Source: an uncultured virus (IMG/VR IMGVR_UViG_3300024999_000085) (lineage: Duplodnaviria > Heunggongvirae > Uroviricota > Caudoviricetes). From it: DNA of 64,000 bases. Positions 32,923 through 43,757 of this stretch are shown in pieces; within the stretch, counting starts at the first letter, position 1, and the number at the start of each line of letters is the position of its first letter. Under the pieces are notes generated by a model. That model made no database searches and had not been told where the DNA came from. It saw nothing but the letters and a program-made list of their open reading frames with translations. The stretch is from the IMG/VR virus record IMGVR_UViG_3300024999_000085; one strand, 5' to 3'. The translations under genes and the position numbers were made by a program.

Positions 32923-33547
32923 TTAAAGTCCTCCTGCTCTTTTTTTGGTTCTTTCCTGCATCCAACTTTTTAAAAATGGCATTTCTTTAACGAATTCATA
33001 AGGCAGTGCGTAACGTGCTAGACGGTTACTTTCATAATACTGCTGAGATTGTACGCCGTCAAGGACATTGATATTAACTTTTGTTTCTTCAAAGGGTGTA
33101 TATCCTTCTTTTGAGCAATTACATAAAGGCTCTTTTGTACTGTGAACATGTAAACCTTTGTTAACTACTTCCATACTTTCAAAATTACAATTTAATTCCT
33201 CATTGACAAGTTTTAATATGTTTTCTTTGTTATACTCAAAATGAAACTTGGTAATATGTGCTAATTTACTCGAAGTGTTATTCCTGGTATCCCATGTATG
33301 ATCATCATAAAAGCAACAATCAACATGACCGACAGTGTTTAAACCTTTGGCATAATTTGGTGTTTTATTGGTATTCTGAAATCCATTTATTTCTATGTAA
33401 ATCAAGTAACATCTCATTGAATACCTTCTTAATGGTTTGTTCTGTTATTACTGATTCATTGCTTAATACTGTAGTAACTAGATCATCATGAGTAAAACCA
33501 CTCAATAGATCGTCTAGAATATGAAATGGAAATTTATTATTATTCAT
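32923..33547 (-). pseudogene. probable out-of-frame fusion of two gene fragments
   Basis: 33365..33547 has an RBS; overlapping 32923..33417 lacks one. Confidence 0.45.
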
Positions 33548-33573
33548 TTTGTCACCTCCTTTTAATTCCTGTT

Positions 33574-33641
33574 TAACAGGTTAAGCGGAAAGGCTTTTCA
33601 GCCTCGCCGGAATTCTCGGCCTATGCTCCCTAGCCCTGTTA
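33574..33641 (-). ncRNA. twister-sister-like ribozyme (3-way junction)
   Basis: P1 TAACAGG/CCTGTTA, GCTAG, P2 GGA/TCC, P4 GCCG[AGAATTC]CGGC, P5 AGGC/GCCT, GCTTAA. Confidence 0.65.
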
Positions 33642-34127
33642 TTTTATAAAATTATGTCCCCAAGTTTCCTTATCAGTAACATCAACAATTTTATGATAAT
33701 ATTTATTTGTTCCTTTATCGTGCATATACTGAGAAGTGTAAAAACCTGTTAACATCTCGGACATGCAAAACATTTCTATACCATCTATTGTACACCATTT
33801 TATGGGTGGTAGTACATTAAGCATATCCTCAAAAGTCTCTTCTGTTATTTCTTTCAATGGTTCTCCTAACAAATGTTTCCTTTCTAATTTAACAAATTCC
33901 TCATATGTCATAATTTCATATTTTTTACCCTGTGCCTGTTTTAAATATATTTTGAATTGCTCAGTGTCAGGATAATTATTACAATGACTGCCCAATGTTT
34001 CAATGTCTTCTTTATTTGATTCAATGGCTCTTACTAATGTTTCTTCCGCTTGCTCTTGGCTATTTGAAAAATTATAAATATTAAGTCCTACAGTATCAAC
34101 CACACATAAACTATTATTTTGTAACAT
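33639..34127 (-). CDS. DUF1419-like protein
   Basis: EITEETFEDMLNVLPP...FCMSEMLTG. Confidence 0.6.
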   Translation of the reverse strand: MLQNNSLCVVDTVGLNIYNFSNSQEQAEETLVRAIESNKEDIETLGSHCNNYPDTEQFKIYLKQAQGKKYEIMTYEEFVKLERKHLLGEPLKEITEETFEDMLNVLPPIKWCTIDGIEMFCMSEMLTGFYTSQYMHDKGTNKYYHKIVDVTDKETWGHNFIK

Positions 34128-35058
34128 TATTATCAATCTCCTTTAAATTTATATTTTTATTTGGTGGTTCGCTCCCTCAACAATTATAATTATATAGTAT
34201 ATCAATACTAAAGTCAAGCAAATTGATATAATTATTTTTACATTATCAAATAAAAATAAGAGGTTTTACCCTCTTATAATTAATCTACATTATTAACCGC
34301 TAAATTATAACTTACATGATCTGAATATGTCCAGTTTCTTTTGCTCCCTTCTTTTTAATTTTTCTTCTAGTGTTAATTTTGACATAATTTCCTCCTTTGA
34401 ATTTAATTTTTTAGATACATTTGTATTATAACATATTATAAATATAATTGTAAATGCTTTTGAGAAAATAAAAAAGAGTGCTTTTTAGGCACTCAGTTAA
34501 CTTATAGATACAATTCTAAAACCGTCTTTCCTTCTGTTGATTCTAAAAGTTATTTCTCCATCTTCCTCTACATCTATTTTTAGTTTTATTGATTTACCGT
34601 TTACTACCTTTCTAATACTTTATAATCTACGTTGTTAATTTTCTTTTTTACATATGCTAACAATTTTAATCTTTTTACCTCATTTTTACCTCAGTTAATT
34701 CATTATCAAATTTCATTTAAGTATAACTTCCTATATCATTATAAATTCGTTATTTGATTTTAACTAAGTAAATATCAAGATAATTATAATCTCCTCCATG
34801 CTTTTTCTGCAACGATTCAACTATTCTGTTTAGTGGATATTGTTTATTAAATATGTCTGAATACTCTGTTTTATCATTGCCTACTGTATAAACTATAGTT
34901 ATCATTAAACAACCTCCCTCAAAAATATGTATTAACTACCTGCCAATAAATACAATATAGACTATAAATATAATATTGTCAAGGGTTAATTTATAGATTG
35001 TTATAGGCAAAAAGAAAGAGCTTAAAGGCTCAGTTAACTTATATAACATTATTTTAAT

Positions 35059-35400
35059 TTAACGAGTTCCTACAAATGACATTATTTCTTTTTTCGTTCT
35101 GTTCTCTGCTCTTTTATATCCGTTACATGTTATTTCTCTTGTTGTAGCTTCGCCAAAACTATTAACAAATGTTTTACCTTTGATTGTTGCATTTGAAGAA
35201 GACTTTTCTACTTTCTCCATCTCATGTAATTTATTAAGCAATTCTTTTAATTTTTTACTGCCCTCTCTCCATTGTTTTAATATTGATTCAGCTTTTTCAT
35301 TTAGTGGGTCTTCATGTGATGCAAGCGGTATTAATTTATAAAGTATCATATTACTTTCTTTTTGTTTTTCTATTTCTTTTTTTAATTCATTTATTTTCAT
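35059..35400 (-). CDS. hypothetical protein
   Basis: start moved to MKINEL after AGGAGG. Confidence 0.7.
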   Translation of the reverse strand: MKINELKKEIEKQKESNMILYKLIPLASHEDPLNEKAESILKQWREGSKKLKELLNKLHEMEKVEKSSSNATIKGKTFVNSFGEATTREITCNGYKRAENRTKKEIMSFVGTR

Positions 35401-35430
35401 TTTAAAACCTCCTAAATTAATTTTATATAC

Positions 35431-35473
35431 CATATATATAGTATTGTTAAAATATCTAACCACTAAATATAGT
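35431..35473. promoter_or_regulatory. tandem NrdR-box-like pair (degenerate)
   Basis: CATATATATAGT and ACTAAATATAGT, 31 bp apart. Confidence 0.4.
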
Positions 35474-35712
35474 ATTTAACTTTGAATGAAATACTAGTTT
35501 TATCTATTTTATTACTTCTACTTTATCAATAAGCCATTCTAGATCCATACCATTTTTTAGTTGTTTTAATTGGTCGAAACATTGGATTGCAATTTGATTC
35601 GCTGTATTCCAATCATAACCTTTTTGCACAATTATTTTAGTAGCTTTTTCCATATTTTTTAATGTTCTACGTTTCATATTCAAAACCGTCCTTTCCTTTT
35701 GGGATTATGTAT

Positions 35713-35907
35713 TTATTCAATATTATGCTTTTTTACTATATCTTTCCTGTACTGTTTTATATAATTTTTACCTACTACACTGGTTTTATGACATATTAAT
35801 TCATCTTCTAAATAAAAATTATTATCTTTTAAACTTAAAATAGTTCCTTTCTCTACTACCTTAGTTAATCCTATGTCAAAGCCTTTTATTACTACATATT
35901 TGGTCAA
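35713..35907 (-). CDS. hypothetical protein
   Basis: TTG start after GGAGG. Confidence 0.65.
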   Translation of the reverse strand: MTKYVVIKGFDIGLTKVVEKGTILSLKDNNFYLEDELICHKTSVVGKNYIKQYRKDIVKKHNIE

Positions 35908-36056
35908 TCGCTCCACCTCCAAATTATTAACCTTAATCTGATAACTTATTATAGCACAGTGTTAATATAATTGTCTACTGTTATTTATACTATTTTACTA
36001 TGTCTGAGCAAAAAATAAAGGCCACTATTGACCTTTAAATGACTGGTGTTATACTG

Positions 36057-36344
36057 TTAAGCTACTTTTAATAAGTCTTTATAGTTATTTACTTCTATCA
36101 AACAATTAGACAAATCTCTAACTTTCTGCGGTAAATAATAGCCTTTCCCTGATTGCCTTAATCTTTCGTTTAATTCATACCATTTCAAAAAATATTTGTG
36201 TTGTTGGGTCTTAAAATGGTCTTTTAATCCGTTTTCGTCAGGTGTTTTTATTTCTGAAAGTTGCTGATGAATCTTGAAATTATTTTTAATTTCTGTTTCT
36301 AATAGGTGCATATATTGATTAAATTCTACTTCAGTTATATTCAT
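36057..36344 (-). CDS. hypothetical protein
   Basis: RBS, promoter, terminator. Confidence 0.7.
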   Translation of the reverse strand: MNITEVEFNQYMHLLETEIKNNFKIHQQLSEIKTPDENGLKDHFKTQQHKYFLKWYELNERLRQSGKGYYLPQKVRDLSNCLIEVNNYKDLLKVA

Positions 36345-36459
36345 TGCTCAAGCACTCCTTTATGTATTATTATTTTCTATGTTTATTATACACGATGGGA
36401 ATATAATTGTAAAGGTTATTCAGTTAATAAACAAAAAAATAACCTGCTAATGTGCAGGT

Positions 36460-36876
36460 TAAAATTGAATATATTCATTATCGGCACTAAATTTAAATAT
36501 TGAATGTCCGTCCGTTGAGTGAATTTTTTCAGGTATTCCAATTGACCGCAATACATCAATTAGAATATTTTCATTCGGATATCTTGGATCTGCATGTACT
36601 GTATATAATTTTTTGGTTTCATCCCAAGGCATTAGGGGTGTTTGTTATTGATAAAGAAGGAATGCAAAGATACATACTGGTAAATTCTGGGTCTGTGGAT
36701 TTTGTGTTAGTATGAGTATCAAGGCTATACCTCCTTTGTGTTTTTAACACAAATATTACTTCGTATTCAAGGATATTGGATTTATTCTCTACTTTCGAAA
36801 TTGTTTCATAACCTGAAGCATACCTACTCGGCCCCATTGTGGGATAATTCTTGTCTGCATCATAAAAATGTCCCAT
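36460..36876 (-). pseudogene. hypothetical protein, frameshifted
   Basis: 36619..36876 continues in another frame (PWDETKKLYTVHADPRYP...EYIQF*) up to the terminator. Confidence 0.5.
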
Positions 36877-36894
36877 TGTTATACCTCCTTTATT

Positions 36895-37371
36895 TTACCA
36901 TCTTTTATTTATGTGTATCATTGTTCCTGTTAACTCCAACTGTTTAATTATATACATAAAACATCTTTCTGCAAATTTATTTAATTTTCCATTTTGCCAA
37001 GGATTACATATTTTGCATAATTCTGCATCTGCCATATACGTCCCATACTCAAAAATGGCACTGAGTATAAAACTAAACAAAATATCTTGTGTTACACCTA
37101 TACCATAGTTTTTAAATCTTGAACATTGATATACTGACTTATTTGTAGAATTTCCAAATGGACGTTTTTGATCTTTCATCATGTGAAGTAATATTCCGAA
37201 TCCAATTTGTGGGAAAATTTTAATTCTGTCTGTCGGATAATCAGGATGAGAAATAATTTCAAACCTGTCACCAATAAAAACTAGGTAATCAGTCCTTTCT
37301 CCTACTGTTAATTCCATCATGGGATACTTATCACTGTTATAATTCAACACTGATATTTCTCCAAATTTCAT
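36895..37371 (-). CDS. hypothetical protein
   Basis: AGGAGG RBS. Confidence 0.75.
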   Translation of the reverse strand: MKFGEISVLNYNSDKYPMMELTVGERTDYLVFIGDRFEIISHPDYPTDRIKIFPQIGFGILLHMMKDQKRPFGNSTNKSVYQCSRFKNYGIGVTQDILFSFILSAIFEYGTYMADAELCKICNPWQNGKLNKFAERCFMYIIKQLELTGTMIHINKRW

Positions 37372-37387
37372 AAAAGCAACCTCCTCC

Positions 37388-37870
37388 TTATTTTCTTCTC
37401 CATCTACTTACACCAAAATTCTCTTCCAAATAGATGGTAATTTCATTTAATTTCTTGACAATATACTCACGGTTCTTAACATCTGATTTAAATTTTTTAT
37501 TACAAATAACCTCATATCTAGTTATTTTAATCTCATCTTCTGCCTCCGTTAATTCATCTAAAACTAACTCTAAGATGATTGACGGATCTTTGATTTGATT
37601 TAATAACCACCACAAAGTTGTTAACGGTGAAAATTCTCCGTTTTCTGCAAATAAAAATTTACCATCTTCAATCGGTTTAATTTCTGGTTTAACAATCTTA
37701 CTATTTAAATATTCCTGGCACTGGTCACATGTACCAGAAAATACTGTTTTAATCCCTAGTTGGAGAATTTTAGTTATGTGCATCATGGAATTTCTTTCTG
37801 TAATACACCATATTTTCTTTTCTTCTTCTGTTAATGGTGATATTACTTCCTCTGTTTGAAATAATTTCAT
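37388..37870 (-). CDS. hypothetical protein
   Basis: GAGGTG RBS. Confidence 0.75.
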   Translation of the reverse strand: MKLFQTEEVISPLTEEEKKIWCITERNSMMHITKILQLGIKTVFSGTCDQCQEYLNSKIVKPEIKPIEDGKFLFAENGEFSPLTTLWWLLNQIKDPSIILELVLDELTEAEDEIKITRYEVICNKKFKSDVKNREYIVKKLNEITIYLEENFGVSRWRRK

Positions 37871-37998
37871 TGAATCACCTCTTTTGATTTGTTATTTATT
37901 ACTTTTAATTTAATCAAAATACTTATCATGGGATACTGTTATATAAAATATACATAATATAGCAGTATCCACAAATAAATATTCTAACTATTTAAAAC

Positions 37999-38391
37999 TT
38001 AAAATATGGTGAATTTCTCAGCCTGCATTTTCTTCTGATCCACTGGTACACGTTCTAAACCAGGATAAGGGATAAGTCCGTAAACTCTCTTAGGGTATGC
38101 CTGAGCAGCTATGATAGAACCAATAACAATAGCACAAGGAAACATATCATTAAGTATATTTAGTTTTACATAATCTTCATGGTTAGATGTAAAAGTAGTT
38201 TGAACAAATTTTATACTACCATTGCCTCCTACTACTGATTCTTCCGGTTTGCTGTTAATCAGAACACCACTGGCTGGTAAGGTGAATTCTTCCTCTGTCA
38301 AAATTGATTTTAAGGTTATACTATGCGGTGTTGTGTTAATGTAGGTATTGCCTTGGAATTTTATTACGTTCTCAGGAATTAAGTTTTTCAT
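37999..38391 (-). CDS. conserved viral hypothetical protein
   Basis: INTTPHSITL...PASG...IGSIIAAQAYP. Confidence 0.75.
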   Translation of the reverse strand: MKNLIPENVIKFQGNTYINTTPHSITLKSILTEEEFTLPASGVLINSKPEESVVGGNGSIKFVQTTFTSNHEDYVKLNILNDMFPCAIVIGSIIAAQAYPKRVYGLIPYPGLERVPVDQKKMQAEKFTIF

Positions 38392-38424
38392 TGTTATACC
38401 TCCTATTATATTATTTTAATTTTA

Positions 38425-38463
38425 CTGGTAAGCGGTTTTTAACCAGATACCGCTGTAAACTGG
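38425..38463 (-). ncRNA. H-type pseudoknot motif, copy 1
   Basis: CCAG TTTAC AGCGGT AT CTGG TTAAAA ACCGCT TACCAG. Confidence 0.6.
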
Positions 38464-38475
38464 ATAATACTTAAT

Positions 38476-38664
38476 TTAGATTTTTGAAAGTGCTTCTCTG
38501 AGCCATAAGGCTGCCTCATCAATCTTCGTTATTACTAAAGCCTTCTCCCTGCTGTTCGGCAAGGTTTCAACTGCAGTATAGAAAGAATCTAATATTTCCT
38601 GATAGGCTTCGACTGTTTGAATTTGACCTTTACTTGCTAATGTCTGAGAATTTAATTTAATCAT
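38476..38664 (-). CDS. hypothetical protein
   Basis: SREKALVITKIDEAALW motif, RBS, promoter. Confidence 0.75.
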   Translation of the reverse strand: MIKLNSQTLASKGQIQTVEAYQEILDSFYTAVETLPNSREKALVITKIDEAALWLREALSKI

Positions 38665-38826
38665 GTTAAAAATTCCTCCCTCAAATTTAAATTATTTTTA
38701 ATTTACTTGCTCGATTAACTGATTTACTAACAATGTAAGTATAGCACACTATAAATATAATTGCAATAGTTTTTTAAATAATTTTATGACTCGGACAAAC
38801 AAAAAAGGAGTTAATTATAACTCCTT

Positions 38827-39174
38827 TTAATATTCGCCAAAATCCTCAAAATACCAGCCTAAACTAGTAAAATATACATTATTATTTGTTCCATTCATAA
38901 TTTCTAATTTTAATGTATCTATTTCCTGTTGAGTTAAGTATTTATTTAAATTTTGATATAAAATATTTTGTGCTATTGGCCTATCTGTTAAAAATTCTAA
39001 GGCAGACAGTCCTTTTTCAATTATACTGATTACGCAATGAAAATTAAGTTTAAATTGATCATCATTAGTATATCTTTTATAATTTTTACAAAATTGTTTT
39101 AATTCTGGTATCCATCCGGTAAATTGAGCATCTATAATATTATCAATAATTTTTTGAATTTGATTATTTAACAT
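38827..39174 (-). CDS. hypothetical protein
   Basis: start moved to MLNNQ after AAGGAGG. Confidence 0.7.
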   Translation of the reverse strand: MLNNQIQKIIDNIIDAQFTGWIPELKQFCKNYKRYTNDDQFKLNFHCVISIIEKGLSALEFLTDRPIAQNILYQNLNKYLTQQEIDTLKLEIMNGTNNNVYFTSLGWYFEDFGEY

Positions 39175-39394
39175 AGTTAAAGACCTCCTTAGATTCAATT
39201 TTCGATTAACTAAGTTTAACACATAGTAAATATAAAAGCAACTACTTTTCAATATTTCCGATTTTTAAAAGTATTGATTTATAATGGTTTTCAGTACCTC
39301 AGATCATTATGAAATTAACATTTTGTTACATTATTTTACATTTTTGTTATATTACTGTTATACAATCAGACAAATAAAAAGAGGCCATAAGCCT

Positions 39395-39688
39395 CTAAAA
39401 TAATAATTCATTTAAAGTTCTAATTTCTTTATCTGTGGCTTGGTGTTTTCCTGCTTTTTCACTAAGTGTATCAAGATGCATATTGGCAATACCCCAATGA
39501 ATTAAATGTATAATTTGACCTGCTTTGTCGGAAAGAGAATAATTTACATCATTAACTATTAATTTTGCTTCGTTTAAAATTCTCTCTAAATCATTTTGTG
39601 CTTTATCTAGTCCACTTTTTAATGATCTTTCATCATATTTTAAATTAGATTGTGCTTCCTTTAATAATTCTTCAATTTTAGATCTCAT
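39395..39688 (-). CDS. hypothetical protein
   Basis: RBS, promoter, terminator. Confidence 0.7.
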   Translation of the reverse strand: MRSKIEELLKEAQSNLKYDERSLKSGLDKAQNDLERILNEAKLIVNDVNYSLSDKAGQIIHLIHWGIANMHLDTLSEKAGKHQATDKEIRTLNELLF

Positions 39689-39803
39689 TGTATCCACTCC
39701 TCAAATTTATGTATTCGTTTAACTTTCTAACATTGTTATAATAACATATGATTAATATAATTGTCAAGTCTTAATTAATAATAAAAACCTACTAATTAGT
39801 AGG

Positions 39804-40007
39804 TTAAAAAGTATAATTATCTAAATTAAAAGTTAATGGCTCATTGTCTTCAAATTGATCTATATTACCGGATAATATCCCTTCCTTAATTTGTTTTCTA
39901 ATGAATTCTATTGTTTTAGTATTGAGTCTTGTTTTATCTATTGTTAAGTGCTTATCTGAACAAAAAAATTTAATTTTTCTGCCATCTAATACAGTGCCTA
40001 AAAACAT
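39804..40007 (-). CDS. hypothetical protein
   Basis: AGGAGG RBS. Confidence 0.7.
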   Translation of the reverse strand: MFLGTVLDGRKIKFFCSDKHLTIDKTRLNTKTIEFIRKQIKEGILSGNIDQFEDNEPLTFNLDNYTF

Positions 40008-40019
40008 TAAATTTACCTC

Positions 40020-40205
40020 CTATAATTTATCTTCAATGTATATTATTAAATCACTCTTGGAATATCCTTTTAAAGTTGTCTTGATGAATTCGGTCATTTC
40101 CTTATTAGTATTATCTAAATTACCTTTGACATTTTTCATCCTGTCAAGTTTAGATTTAATAATATGTTCTAATAATTGCTTCTTGGTTAATTTATTCAAT
40201 GTCAT
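40020..40205 (-). CDS. hypothetical protein
   Basis: RBS, promoter. Confidence 0.7.
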   Translation of the reverse strand: MTLNKLTKKQLLEHIIKSKLDRMKNVKGNLDNTNKEMTEFIKTTLKGYSKSDLIIYIEDKL

Positions 40206-40323
40206 TTATGTTCCACTCCTTGAATATTTATATTCGATATTTACAAGTATACAGACACTAATTATAATTGTCAACAACTATTTTCACTTCATAATAAAAA
40301 TAAAACCTGCTAATTAATGCAGG

Positions 40324-40794
40324 TTAATTTACTTCCATTAAATTGTTATTTCTTAAAAATTCCTGAATATAACCTAATTCGCTATTATTGATATAATTTA
40401 TACTTTTCTCTACAATAGCATACCATAGGCCAACTATTGCCATCCTAGTATTTTGATGTTTCTTTTCATCTAACTTCTTATAAGCAGGTAATATTTTGTC
40501 TTTATAAAATTCCTCTGTTATGTTATTAATTATTTCTTGTTTCTCTTGGTCAATGTTTCTTTTTGCTTCGATTCGTTTAACTGTCTGTAAATATGTATTG
40601 TTATTTTTATCCTTACTTACTGCAATAAAATCCTTTATACCATTTACATAATATGGTAAACTTTTGCCACTCAGTAAATGATCTTTGATAAGCAAATTAT
40701 AGGCTGCGTGAGGGTTATTGTTATTAAGTAGTAGATAAGAATTAACGGTATCCCTCATTTGTTCCATGTCGTGCTTATCTCTTCTTCTTACCAT
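40324..40794 (-). CDS. hypothetical protein
   Basis: RBS, promoter, terminator. Confidence 0.75.
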   Translation of the reverse strand: MVRRRDKHDMEQMRDTVNSYLLLNNNNPHAAYNLLIKDHLLSGKSLPYYVNGIKDFIAVSKDKNNNTYLQTVKRIEAKRNIDQEKQEIINNITEEFYKDKILPAYKKLDEKKHQNTRMAIVGLWYAIVEKSINYINNSELGYIQEFLRNNNLMEVN

Positions 40795-41416
40795 TTGTTC
40801 GGCCTCCTTCTGTTATTATCTCTCAGTAATAGAATACAATAATAATTGTTATGTGTCAATATAGAATTAAGTATTGATCATGATATTGTTATCTTTTGCA
40901 ATAAAGAAAATAATAGCCTACAATTTAGTAAACTATTATAATTAATATGTATGCTATTATATTTAATGTGATAACTGTAATATCATCTGAGCGGTTACTT
41001 GTTTTACTGGTGTTTTTGTCTGTTTAATTGTTTTGGTTAACTGTTCAATCAATTCGCTGGTTACTTGCTTAATATTAGTTTTCATACGTGTTAACCTCCT
41101 ATTTGTTATATTATGCACCTGTATTGATTGTTATAAGTCTATCAAATGTAAATATAATTGTCAATAGTTTTCTGTTAATTGTTATGGATAATTTTAACCT
41201 ATATTTTTACAAAAAAAAAGAAGGTGTTGTTCACCCTCTAAAAGTCTTGATTATGGTTTATGTATGCGTGAGCCATACTATGTAGCTTACAAGCTGTGTT
41301 ATACTCAAATTGTTCTGAGTATAATTTGACTTGTTCGCTCCAATAACCATATTTATAAATTAACTTTTTGAATTCATTCTTGACCGTTTTTGTTATTTTG
41401 CTTTTTTGTTTCATTG

Positions 41417-41665
41417 TTATTCACCTCCCAAAATTGGCTTTATGATAGTTTTTAGTATTGTTACCGGGGTCTTACTGATTAATTCATTAAAGATTATTTC
41501 ACCTTTGTATTTTACCTTGCAATTGTTACCGGAAATATAGACTATTATATTTTTATAGATACCTTTAGCAATCCAATTCCCGGCTTGATTTTGTTTAAAT
41601 CCTACACTCTGAAGGTATTCTATGTATTGCTCTAAGTACTTTTCTTTCTTAGTCAACGTGTTCAA
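41417..41665 (-). CDS. hypothetical protein
   Basis: promoter, GGGAGG. Confidence 0.65.
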   Translation of the reverse strand: MNTLTKKEKYLEQYIEYLQSVGFKQNQAGNWIAKGIYKNIIVYISGNNCKVKYKGEIIFNELISKTPVTILKTIIKPILGGE

Positions 41666-41759
41666 CCTCCCACAAAGTTAATTTATACTTATTATTATAA
41701 TTGCTATCTGTTATAATGTCAATATAATTGGACAAAAAATAAAGGCTCATTGCTGGCCT

Positions 41760-42047
41760 TTATTTTAGATATTGTTTTGATTTTTCTATAGCTGCATTTA
41801 TAATCATTTCTTGCTGACTACTATTTAAATTTCCTTTCTTTGGTAGCCCTTTGCTATTATAATTATCCCATAATATCACTGGTTCGTTTTTACCGTTAAA
41901 TTCTACCATTGTGATATAATGGTTATTACTTTCTATTGCTGGATTATAGTTATTCATATCTTCAATTCTAACAGTTAACCATAATTTGAATTTTTTCTTA
42001 CTATGATAGTTTACGTGTTTTACTTGCCAGTTTTCAGTTATTTGCAT
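41760..42047 (-). CDS. hypothetical protein
   Basis: RBS, promoter, terminator. Confidence 0.75.
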   Translation of the reverse strand: MQITENWQVKHVNYHSKKKFKLWLTVRIEDMNNYNPAIESNNHYITMVEFNGKNEPVILWDNYNSKGLPKKGNLNSSQQEMIINAAIEKSKQYLK

Positions 42048-42276
42048 CTTATTACCTCCCCAGTGATTTAATTATTGTATGTATCTCTCGATTGATACAA
42101 TAATAACAGATAATAAAGATAATTGCAAGCATTATTTTTAATCGTTTTAAGGCTGTTTTAGAGGGGTCAATTGCTCCCCAGGTATGATTGTATTCGTTGG
42201 ATGTTTAAAGGTGCTGTGTGGTGTTAGTGTGAGGTGTGGCTGGGTTTTAGGCAAAAGAAAAGCCCCTATTAAGGGA

Positions 42277-42768
42277 CTATTTGATTATTTCTAATATTTC
42301 ACTATTACTTACATAATGTTTATTGCCGTTTTCTTCAGCTATGGTATACATTAAACATCCTGCGTAACTGTCCTGCTCCTTCTTCTCTATAGTTCCGGTT
42401 AATACTTCATTATCTCCAAGTTTGCCGGATTTAAAATTTACCTTGTCACCTATACGAGTCTTAATACTTTTATTGTATTTATGTTTTTTGGTTGGTGGGT
42501 ATTTGTTAAGCAATTCTAAATGGTTTAAAGGTTTGCTGGTTGACTCTATAGGTGTTATTACTTTTTGCGGTTTTACTTCTATTACTTCTTCCTGCCCTAT
42601 CTCCTTCCTGCCTTCATTTTTTAGATACTCATGGATTTTTGAAGCTATTTCCATTGTGGCCTCGTTTACCATTGTTTTACCTAATACAATATTAAGCAAT
42701 GAATTTAAATCTAATTCCCTTGCTGCACTCTGTTTCTGATCTTCTGTAAGTGTAACATGAATAATCAT
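42277..42768 (-). CDS. hypothetical protein (C-terminal SH3/KOW-like segment)
   Basis: IGDKVNF...GTIEK; RBS, promoter, terminator. Confidence 0.7.
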   Translation of the reverse strand: MIIHVTLTEDQKQSAARELDLNSLLNIVLGKTMVNEATMEIASKIHEYLKNEGRKEIGQEEVIEVKPQKVITPIESTSKPLNHLELLNKYPPTKKHKYNKSIKTRIGDKVNFKSGKLGDNEVLTGTIEKKEQDSYAGCLMYTIAEENGNKHYVSNSEILEIIK

Positions 42769-42873
42769 TCGGTCAACCTCCTTAGAAAATATGTATTCGA
42801 TTAATTATCATTATACAGAACATTAATATAAATGTCAAGGTATTTTTACAAAAAAATAAAAGCCTTTCGGCCT

Positions 42874-43314
42874 TTATATAATCATTGCTTTTTCATAATT
42901 TAAAATTTGCTCATATGTTAACCATTCTGGCTTTTCACCAGCAGGAAAACCGTTATATAATTCCTTCATTCTGTCAATGTGCAATTGCTCATTTTCATAG
43001 TATAACCGTTTTTTACTTCTGTTCCCATTTCCAAGGTAATAATCACAGTCACTCCTGAGTCTATCAAGCATCATGTAATTGAATCTGTTTTTGTTCTCAG
43101 TGTATTGATTAATATATTTTATTTCCAGAGATGATTTAATTGGACAATCTGGCTCACCATCAAAAACATTTTGGCAACTGTATAATTCTGGTCTTTCATT
43201 TCCAAGAGTTGTGTCCTTCCATAATTGACCTGTTTCTTGACATTTATAAACGGGTCTATTCCAGTCATCAAGACCTTTAAATTCCATTGTTCTGATATTG
43301 TTGTTATTTTCCAT
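42874..43314 (-). CDS. LPD11-domain (polyvalent protein-associated) protein
   Basis: FNYMMLDRLRSDCDYYLGNG...MKELYN...KPEWLT. Confidence 0.8.
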   Translation of the reverse strand: MENNNNIRTMEFKGLDDWNRPVYKCQETGQLWKDTTLGNERPELYSCQNVFDGEPDCPIKSSLEIKYINQYTENKNRFNYMMLDRLRSDCDYYLGNGNRSKKRLYYENEQLHIDRMKELYNGFPAGEKPEWLTYEQILNYEKAMII

Positions 43315-43445
43315 TGATATTCCTCCTCAGAAATATGTATTTGATATTCAATTAATAATAGTATACACAATATGATTATAATTGTCAAGGTGTTTAAATA
43401 AAAAATATAAGGCCAATAGCCTTACATTAATAAATAATTACTTTT

Positions 43446-43757
43446 CTATGCAGGTAAAATTTTATATCTTCTGTGCTGTTTATCCATAACAATAAACTGA
43501 TCGCAAAGATTATAGAATTTATTTTCACTTTCCTGATTAGGTAAAATTATTAACTCTTTTCGTTTCTTGCTGTCAATTCCAACAATCTTAAATCCTTTAT
43601 AACATTCATATTGCTTAATACCTCCAACTGCTGTCACTCTAAAAATATCGGTTATTTCATCCTCTATAATAATTTCTTTTGGATTTTCGGTAAAATATCC
43701 GTCAATCACCTTTTTAATTCCAACAATTTTCAACTGCTGATTTTTACATATTTCCAT
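43446..43757 (-). CDS. hypothetical protein
   Basis: promoter, RBS. Confidence 0.7.
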   Translation of the reverse strand: MEICKNQQLKIVGIKKVIDGYFTENPKEIIIEDEITDIFRVTAVGGIKQYECYKGFKIVGIDSKKRKELIILPNQESENKFYNLCDQFIVMDKQHRRYKILPA

